Part shown: positions 58,735 to 64,000 of the stretch, in pieces | Layout of the letters: each line of letters opens with the position of its first letter | How positions within the stretch are numbered: the first letter of the stretch is position 1 | Virus record (IMG/VR): IMGVR_UViG_3300002026_000020 | Length of the DNA: 64,000 nucleotides | Reading direction: 5' to 3' (one strand) | Source of the DNA: a virus | Notes under the pieces: model-generated | What the model saw: only the letters and a program-made list of their open reading frames with translations | Told to the model about the DNA's origin: nothing | Databases searched by the model: none | Made by a program: the position numbers and the translations under genes

Positions 58735-58820
58735 AATGCGTGTCTCGTACATCAGAGGGTTTCTGGTGGGTGTCTGCAAAACACATAGAGTTTGGGGTTC
58801 GACTCCCCCACGCATTTCCA
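58735..58820 (+). tRNA. Atypical tRNA-Cys(GCA)
   Basis: TGT-CTGCAAA-ACA; AATGCGTG/CACGCATT acceptor; U73-CCA; 7-bp D-stem. Confidence 0.65.
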
Positions 58821-58823
58821 TAT

Positions 58824-58897
58824 GCCTGCGTAGTATAGTGTTATTACAACGCCTTTGTATCGCGAAAACGGGGGTTAGATTCCCTCCGTAGGCTCCA
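58824..58897 (+). tRNA. tRNA-Thr(TGT), weak anticodon stem
   Basis: GCCTGCG/CGTAGGC acceptor; loop TTTGTAT; CCA. Confidence 0.6.
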
Positions 58898-58951
58898 AAT
58901 ATTTCTGTCTCCCAACCACTTGTTAGTATAAATACTGGTAGGGAGATACAT

Positions 58952-59371
58952 ATGACTACATGCTTACATTGTGGAAAAGAACTTGTAATACATAAAGACA
59001 AAAATAAAAAGTTTTGTAACAATAAATGTCAGCAAGATTATCAATATGAACAAAAAGTAAAGTTATGGAAAGATGGAAGGCTAAAGGAAACCAGCGGTGA
59101 TTATCAAATAGCAAGAACTATTCGCCGGTATCTTTTTGAAAAACATGGTAATAAATGTTGTGAATGTGGTTGGGATAAAATAAACCCGATAACTGGTAAA
59201 TGCCCGTTAGAAGTTGAACATATAGATGGAAACCATGAAAATAATAAAGAAGAAAACTTAACTCTTCTTTGTCCAAATTGTCATTCATTGACTCCTACCT
59301 ATAAAGCATTGAATAGAGGAAAGGGTAGAAATCAAAGGATGAAAAGGTATAAAGAAGGAAAAACATTTTAG
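58952..59371 (+). CDS. HNH homing endonuclease in tRNA array
   Basis: CLHCG, KFCNNKC, CCECG, LEVEHIDGN..N..NL..LCPNCH. Confidence 0.88.
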   Translation: MTTCLHCGKELVIHKDKNKKFCNNKCQQDYQYEQKVKLWKDGRLKETSGDYQIARTIRRYLFEKHGNKCCECGWDKINPITGKCPLEVEHIDGNHENNKEENLTLLCPNCHSLTPTYKALNRGKGRNQRMKRYKEGKTF

Positions 59372-59374
59372 AAT

Positions 59375-59472
59375 GCTGCTTTAGCTCAGTTGGTAGAGCA
59401 ATAGTTTTGGTTGACTGAAATCAACTTCCAGTAAACTATAGGTCGTCTGTTCAAGTCAGACAAGCAGCACCA
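59375..59472 (+). tRNA. tRNA-Thr (TGT after removal of a 22-nt insertion in the anticodon loop)
   Basis: Perfect acceptor, D and T arms; ATAGT/ACTAT stem encloses 29 nt rather than 7. Confidence 0.75.
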
Positions 59473-59573
59473 GTGTCTCTTTGTTTCTCACCTTGCATAC
59501 AGGAGCATCCCTCAAGATGACTCAAACATGGTGTTGTTTCCTTTCGACATTATCAAAGAAAAGAAACAGGTAT

Positions 59574-59649
59574 AGGCGGTTAGTATACTAGGTGTTTACA
59601 TTCGTCTGTTAAACGAAAGAAGGTGGTTCGAATCCACCGCTGCCTGCCA
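59574..59649 (+). tRNA. tRNA-Asn(GTT)
   Basis: TTCGT-CTGTTAA-ACGAA; G73-CCA. Confidence 0.85.
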
Positions 59650-59654
59650 AGCAT

Positions 59655-59743
59655 TGAAGAGTACCCGAGTGGTAGCAGGGGTCTGACTGTTAATCAGAAA
59701 GCAGAAATGCTCGCCGTAGGTTCGAATCCTACCTCTTCAGCCA
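59655..59743 (+). tRNA. tRNA-Asn(GTT) with long variable arm
   Basis: TCTGA-CTGTTAA-TCAGA; V-arm AGCA-GAAA-TGCT; G73-CCA. Confidence 0.85.
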
Positions 59744-59993
59744 AAACAAAGCTGGATAAACAATCCGCCCTGCCAACCTTCACCTGTCCTCGTAGGGGAT
59801 AGTAAACTTCTCTCCAGCATCCGAAAGGATTTGAGGGGTTAGTAAAGGTAAAAGACCTTCCGTAGTAGCCGAGCGTGTCGGCGGCGGAGCACCATTTCAA
59901 CGGATACGATGAATCCGACAGCCGCAATGGGCTGTGAAAATTAGTTGCTGGGTATAGAAGTATCTACTCAGCGGCAACCAACGAGCCATCACC

Positions 59994-60050
59994 GAGAACT
60001 TTAGCTGAGAGGCAAAGCGTTTCACTCATAAAAAGAAACCAGCTTCACCA
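59994..60050 (+). pseudogene. tRNA remnant (CAT anticodon) lacking T-arm
   Basis: TAGCTGAGAGGCAAAGC D-arm, CTCATAA loop, ends ACCA, no T-arm. Confidence 0.45.
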
Positions 60051-60110
60051 TTTTTGGATTACTGTGATATAATGGGTATAAATACTTTGTAGCAAAGGAG
60101 ATTTACCCAC

Positions 60111-60644
60111 ATGACAGAAAATCATAGAAAGCTAGTTGAAGCAAATTGTATTCATTGTAATAAAATAATACTAACCAGACCGGATAGAGTAAAAAAGTTT
60201 TGCTCAAAACTATGTAAAAAAATACATAGAAATGTTGAAGTGAAATGCACCAATTGTGGTAAATTAACTCTAAAGAAAAAATCGGCTCTTGCCAATTCAA
60301 AACATGAAATATATTTTTGTAGTAGAGAGTGTAAAGATTTCGCTCAAAGTATCAAGGGTGGTTGTGAGATAATAAGACCTTCTCACTATGGAAATGGTGG
60401 TTTACATTTTTACAAAAGCCTAATAAATAAAACTGACAATCCTAAATGTTGCGATTGTGGTGAAACAAAAAGATATACATTATGTGTTCATCATATAGAT
60501 AGTGATCGTGAAAATAATTCAGTAGATAATTTAGAAATAGTTTGTGCAAATTGTCACATGAAAAGACATCTAAAACTTATAGATGGTGAGTGGCAATATG
60601 GCGCAAAGTATCTTACACCAAGAGAAGATTTAAAAATCATATAA
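60111..60644 (+). CDS. HNH homing endonuclease in tRNA array
   Basis: Repeated CxxC/FCS motifs; VHHIDSDRENN..NLEIVCANCH. Confidence 0.88.
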   Translation: MTENHRKLVEANCIHCNKIILTRPDRVKKFCSKLCKKIHRNVEVKCTNCGKLTLKKKSALANSKHEIYFCSRECKDFAQSIKGGCEIIRPSHYGNGGLHFYKSLINKTDNPKCCDCGETKRYTLCVHHIDSDRENNSVDNLEIVCANCHMKRHLKLIDGEWQYGAKYLTPREDLKII

Positions 60645-60645
60645 T

Positions 60646-60721
60646 GGGGGCACATGTACCTCGCAGGCGAACCGCACTTGCAATGCAGTTGTGATGGGTT
60701 GAATCCCCATTGTCTCCACCA
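60646..60721 (+). tRNA. tRNA-Ala(TGC), atypical D-arm
   Basis: G3-U70, GCA-CTTGCAA-TGC, A73-CCA. Confidence 0.75.
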
Positions 60722-60722
60722 T

Positions 60723-61037
60723 TTTTCAGTAGAAGCAAATCGTAAGGTACGGCATACATAAACAAATAAGGGTATGCTGGGAGCGGCGACACCAAGCCAG
60801 GGTCTATGCAATAGGCAACACTACATTCAATATAGTAGTTGTGTAAATAAAAACACTAAAGTCACTTTACGGTGGGAAGCCTTAGTGGGTGTGGAGAAAA
60901 TCTCCTTTATTGAGCCTAAAAACTCTAAGCCCTATGGTTGTACTTTGTCGTGACGAGGGTAATCCCATAGGGGAATATCCCAAGTTTAGGCTTCGAACAG
61001 CGGTGTCCACGCGACCAACCCGGCTGACTGAAAACCA
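60723..61037 (+). ncRNA. ~315-nt structured RNA, possibly RNase P RNA-like
   Basis: TTTTCAGT/ACTGAAAA closing stem + CCA; AGCC(A)GGGT/ACCCGGCT long-range helix. Confidence 0.45.
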
Positions 61038-61252
61038 TTTAGGTGTGTAGTATGTGTCGTATAAATGTGTTTGGCGATGCTCAGTCGTTTCATCCTGCTT
61101 GTTTGGATGGGCGGCACCACAATGGACACAGCGATGTAAACCAAACACTGCGCCAGTAAGTACGCAGGGCTACCAGCCCTCGAAGAGTAGAGTATGTGCG
61201 CCTCTATCGCTTACGCTTCGGGGTTTGTTCCCGAAAGTCACACCCAAACCCA
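61038..61252 (+). ncRNA. Unknown structured RNA, copy A
   Basis: Closing stem TTTAGGTGTG/CACACCCAAA; motifs shared with copy B. Confidence 0.65.
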
Positions 61253-61464
61253 TTTTTGTTTACCATGTGTGTCGTATAATGTTCTGTGCGAAGTCCGGCG
61301 AAATGACCATCACGGCTCCTGTGAGTCGATAAAGGGTGGTCATCTACCCTCAAAATGTAATAAAGACACAGTAAGCATAGAACAGCGCAGCCAGTACAGC
61401 GGTACTTTTAATTCCGTAGGAGTAGAGTATGTGCGCCTCTATCACAAGGCATGGTAAACAAAAA
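61253..61464 (+). ncRNA. Unknown structured RNA, copy B
   Basis: 15-bp closing stem TTTTTGTTTACCATG/CATGGTAAACAAAAA; motifs shared with copy A. Confidence 0.65.
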
Positions 61465-61471
61465 CATTCAT

Positions 61472-61603
61472 GTGGTGGTCGTAATAATGAAACGAAGTAA
61501 AGACTGTTATCTAAGTAAGTCTTGAAGAAACCGTTTCGTGGAAGTTACAATACGCGGCAATGCAATCGCTGAGATGCTGGTTCGAGTCCAGCCCACCACT
61601 CCA
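61472..61603 (+). tRNA. tRNA-Cys(GCA)-like with ~55-60-nt hairpin insertion in the D-arm
   Basis: GTGGTGG/CCACCAC acceptor, U73-CCA, perfect T-arm, loop ATGCAAT. Confidence 0.6.
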
Positions 61604-61742
61604 TTACAGTGTATCACACGCCTGTCAACTTGACTGGCATGGTGGGAAAAATAAGTATTGATAAATAAAAATACCCTCTACAATAGAGGCATGAGCAACG
61701 AAAGAAGCTCGGTTGACAAATATATATGAGTAGCTTGAATAT

Positions 61743-61817
61743 GGGTTGCAAGCATTAGGGCTGATGCAATGGTCTTTTAAACCATGGAAGTAGGATCGAC
61801 CCCTACGCGACTCACCA
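61743..61817 (+). tRNA. tRNA-Lys(TTT)
   Basis: ATGGT-CTTTTAA-ACCAT; CCA. Confidence 0.82.
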
Positions 61818-61922
61818 TAAGAGATTACAGGACAACTCTCTATAAACACTGTACCATTTAGCGAATACAGAAATCAGTTTCGGGTACTAGACATAAATCC
61901 GTCAACAAAAACAACCAATCAC

Positions 61923-61999
61923 GCGCCTAGTGTTCGCCGGTTGTGGACGGTGGTCTTATAAACCATTCTGAGGGTGTTCAACTCACCATAGGCGTACCA
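61923..61999 (+). tRNA. tRNA-Ile(TAT)
   Basis: GTGGT-CTTATAA-ACCAT; A73-CCA. Confidence 0.78.
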
Positions 62000-62147
62000 T
62001 TTTGTAATCGTTGAAGAAGAGGATAGCGCAACTCATAGAACCTTCGGGGGAGAGTTGCCGTATCAATGCGATTCCTTCATTCAACCGTGTTCTCCAGCGG
62101 AACCCGATAACATTGATACGAGTTGCATCTGGATATACAACTCACAT

Positions 62148-62225
62148 GCACCCATCGTCTAACCCGGCTCAGGACAGGAGACTTTCATTCTCCCGATTGG
62201 GGTTCAAATCCCCATGGGTGTACCA
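62148..62225 (+). tRNA. tRNA-Glu(TTC)
   Basis: GGAGA-CTTTCAT-TCTCC; CCA. Confidence 0.88.
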
Positions 62226-62284
62226 TATGACGAAGTTTGTTGGTTTGATACTCAGAGCTAATTAGATAGCGAAACCAACATCAT

Positions 62285-62359
62285 GCTCTATTAGAACAGT
62301 GGCTAGTTCATTCGGCTTTCAACCGAAAGAAGAGGGATCGAAACCCTTATAGAGTACCA
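62285..62359 (+). tRNA. tRNA-Glu(TTC), second unrelated copy
   Basis: TTCGG-CTTTCAA-CCGAA; CCA. Confidence 0.85.
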
Positions 62360-62402
62360 AGTGTAAACGCATAAACCCTATCTGGCGGTAGGTGGCACGC
62401 AT

Positions 62403-62477
62403 CGCGGGGTGGAGAAGTGGTAACTCGCTTGGCTCATAACCAAGAGAACGCAGGTTCAAATCCTGCCCCCGCAACCA
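62403..62477 (+). tRNA. Initiator tRNA-fMet(CAT)
   Basis: CGCGGGG 5' end with C1:A72 mismatch; CTCATAA loop. Confidence 0.88.
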
Positions 62478-62506
62478 TACAAGTCGAGACACATGTCTCG
62501 CAAATT

Positions 62507-62580
62507 TGCGCGGTGGTGTAACGGTAGCATAATAGCCTCATAAGCTTTTGATCAGGGTTCAAATCCTTGCTGCGCTCCCA
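62507..62580 (+). tRNA. tRNA-Met(CAT), initiator-like 1:72 mismatch
   Basis: AGC-CTCATAA-GCT; T1:T72; CCA. Confidence 0.72.
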
Positions 62581-62803
62581 TTGAGTCTTCTTTCATAACG
62601 AGGGTAGTAGTCTCGTTGTAGTTTCTTTGACTGAAAAAGAAACGCTATACTAACATCTGGTGCCGGGAAAGTGAATGTGGCGTGAGCCAACCTTTGCCGA
62701 GATTCACCACCTTTTATCCCTCCAGCCTCTTCACAATGCAGAAACGGAGACTTGAAAAAACAAGTATCGCTCATAGGGAACGATGAGTGTGGGAGCCTTT
62801 TAT

Positions 62804-62879
62804 GCGTCAATAGCTCAGTTGGTAGAGCGGAACTTTTCCAAAGTTCGGGTCGCAGGTTCAAATCCTGTTTGACGCTCCA
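62804..62879 (+). tRNA. tRNA-Gly(TCC)
   Basis: GAACT-TTTCCAA-AGTTC; U73-CCA. Confidence 0.9.
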
Positions 62880-62938
62880 TTTAAAATAGTTCAATAGTCA
62901 AGTATCGAACTAATATAAATATATGGTATAATATATTT

Positions 62939-63589
62939 ATGTTCTATACCATCTACAAGATAACAAACCGAGTAAACAACAAGATTTATGTCGGCAAACA
63001 TCAAACCGAAACCCTTGACGATTGTTATATGGGTTCTGGAACTCTTTTACTTAGAGCGATAGAGAAGTATGGTATTGATAAGTTTGATAAAGAAATACTA
63101 TATGTATTTGACAATGAAGAACAAATGAATAATATGGAAAAAGAAATTGTCAACGAAGAGTTTTTACTAAGGGAAGATGTTTATAACTTGAAGGTTGGTG
63201 GTGACGGTGGGTTTGGATATATAAACTCAAAAGATACCACCGAGACTACGAAAAAAGGGAGAATAGAATGTGATAAAATAATGTTGAGTAAGTATGGAGA
63301 TGATTGGAGACAAATCTTAGGGAAAAAAGCTGGCAATGCTTCGTGGGATAAACGAAAAAAGACTGGCAATATCCTTATAGGAAATCCATACTCATTCTTA
63401 GGTAAAAGACACACTGATGGAGCTAAAAAAATAATAGGGCAAAAAAATTCTATACATCAATCCGGAAATAAAAATTCTATGTACGGAATGATGTGGATTT
63501 ATAATTTAGAAACTTTAGAAAGTAAAAGGATTGGTAATAGAGAAGAAATACCTATTGGTTGGGTTAAAGGAAGAAAAATAAAAAAATAA
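62939..63589 (+). CDS. GIY-YIG (Seg-like) homing endonuclease
   Basis: TIYKITN..KIYVGKH..YMGSG..YNLKVGG, NUMOD-like tail. Confidence 0.9.
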   Translation: MFYTIYKITNRVNNKIYVGKHQTETLDDCYMGSGTLLLRAIEKYGIDKFDKEILYVFDNEEQMNNMEKEIVNEEFLLREDVYNLKVGGDGGFGYINSKDTTETTKKGRIECDKIMLSKYGDDWRQILGKKAGNASWDKRKKTGNILIGNPYSFLGKRHTDGAKKIIGQKNSIHQSGNKNSMYGMMWIYNLETLESKRIGNREEIPIGWVKGRKIKK

Positions 63590-63592
63590 GAT

Positions 63593-63668
63593 GCAGCAGT
63601 AACTCAGAGGCTAGAGTGCGACTTTTCCAAAGTCGATGTCGAGATTTCGAAATTCTCCTGCTGCACCA
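63593..63668 (+). tRNA. tRNA-Gly(TCC), A73 variant
   Basis: CGACT-TTTCCAA-AGTCG; CCA. Confidence 0.85.
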
Positions 63669-63799
63669 GTTTCGGTTGAATATGTGGATGGGTGCCACCC
63701 TAAAAAGTCGCTTTCAACCAACCCCCTAGAAATAGGAAGTATTCACATTATTCATTGTGCTATTAGGTTCTCTTTATCCTAAGAAACAAAAAAGAATAT

Positions 63800-63875
63800 G
63801 TAGAGCAGTAGCATTAAGTAATGCACCCGTTGTTTATACGGGACTAAGTTGGTTCAATCCCAACCCTCTGCACCA
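63800..63875 (+). tRNA. Atypical tRNA, probable Lys(TTT)
   Basis: CCCGT-TGTTTAT-ACGGG (G33), 2-nt bulge in acceptor, CCA. Confidence 0.55.
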
Positions 63876-64000
63876 GCCAGCCCCTTGAAAAAGGGCTACT
63901 TGTGATACTACAAGGAACAGTAAGGGGATTCTGCACAGGGTTATGAGGTATCGCCAGCACCTATAGCTGGTACGAGCCGAGTAATGTTCTGTGAGTGAAA

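Noticed and set aside
58531-59022. Minus-strand ORFs over the tRNA array (also 57635, 59694, 60554, 62559) and plus-strand 61054, 61194, 62011
   Set aside because: They overlap tRNAs or structured RNAs and lack protein-like features.
60723-61037. tmRNA
   Set aside because: No GGGG..UCCACCA Ala acceptor with T-arm and no clear tag reading frame.

Overview
A 64-kb segment of a large T4-like (gp55/TATAAATA late-promoter) dsDNA phage genome using the standard code. 1-29.5 kb holds the core recombination/replication module: uvsY, uvsW, gp46/47, gp55, gp43, uvsX, gp41, gp32, gp45/44/62, regA and gp61. The uvsW gene is fractured by a naturally split intein with a free-standing endonuclease between the halves. 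20.6-24.2 kb and 29.5-43.4 kb carry a large sugar-nucleotide/glycosyltransferase island (RmlB, RmlC-RmlD fusion, GT2/GT4/GT6/GT11/GT25, FkbM). 44.8-54 kb encodes late proteins with capsid-targeting-like N-termini (Pol-beta NTase; ligase-like + HxGH NTase fusion; two PD-(D/E)xK-like nucleases), followed by two DNA methyltransferases and then a class II RNR. From 57.5 kb to the window end lies a tRNA array (22 tRNA-like genes plus a remnant) mixed with homing endonucleases and many structured non-coding RNAs. Most striking observation: the array is preceded by an unannotated 24-codon leader peptide plus antiterminator/terminator with a classical attenuator layout. Its first 19 codons use exactly the ten amino acids whose tRNAs are seen in the array, suggesting a phage sensor of tRNA depletion that switches on replacement tRNAs. 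All calls come from reading motifs by eye; no searches or folding programs were run.
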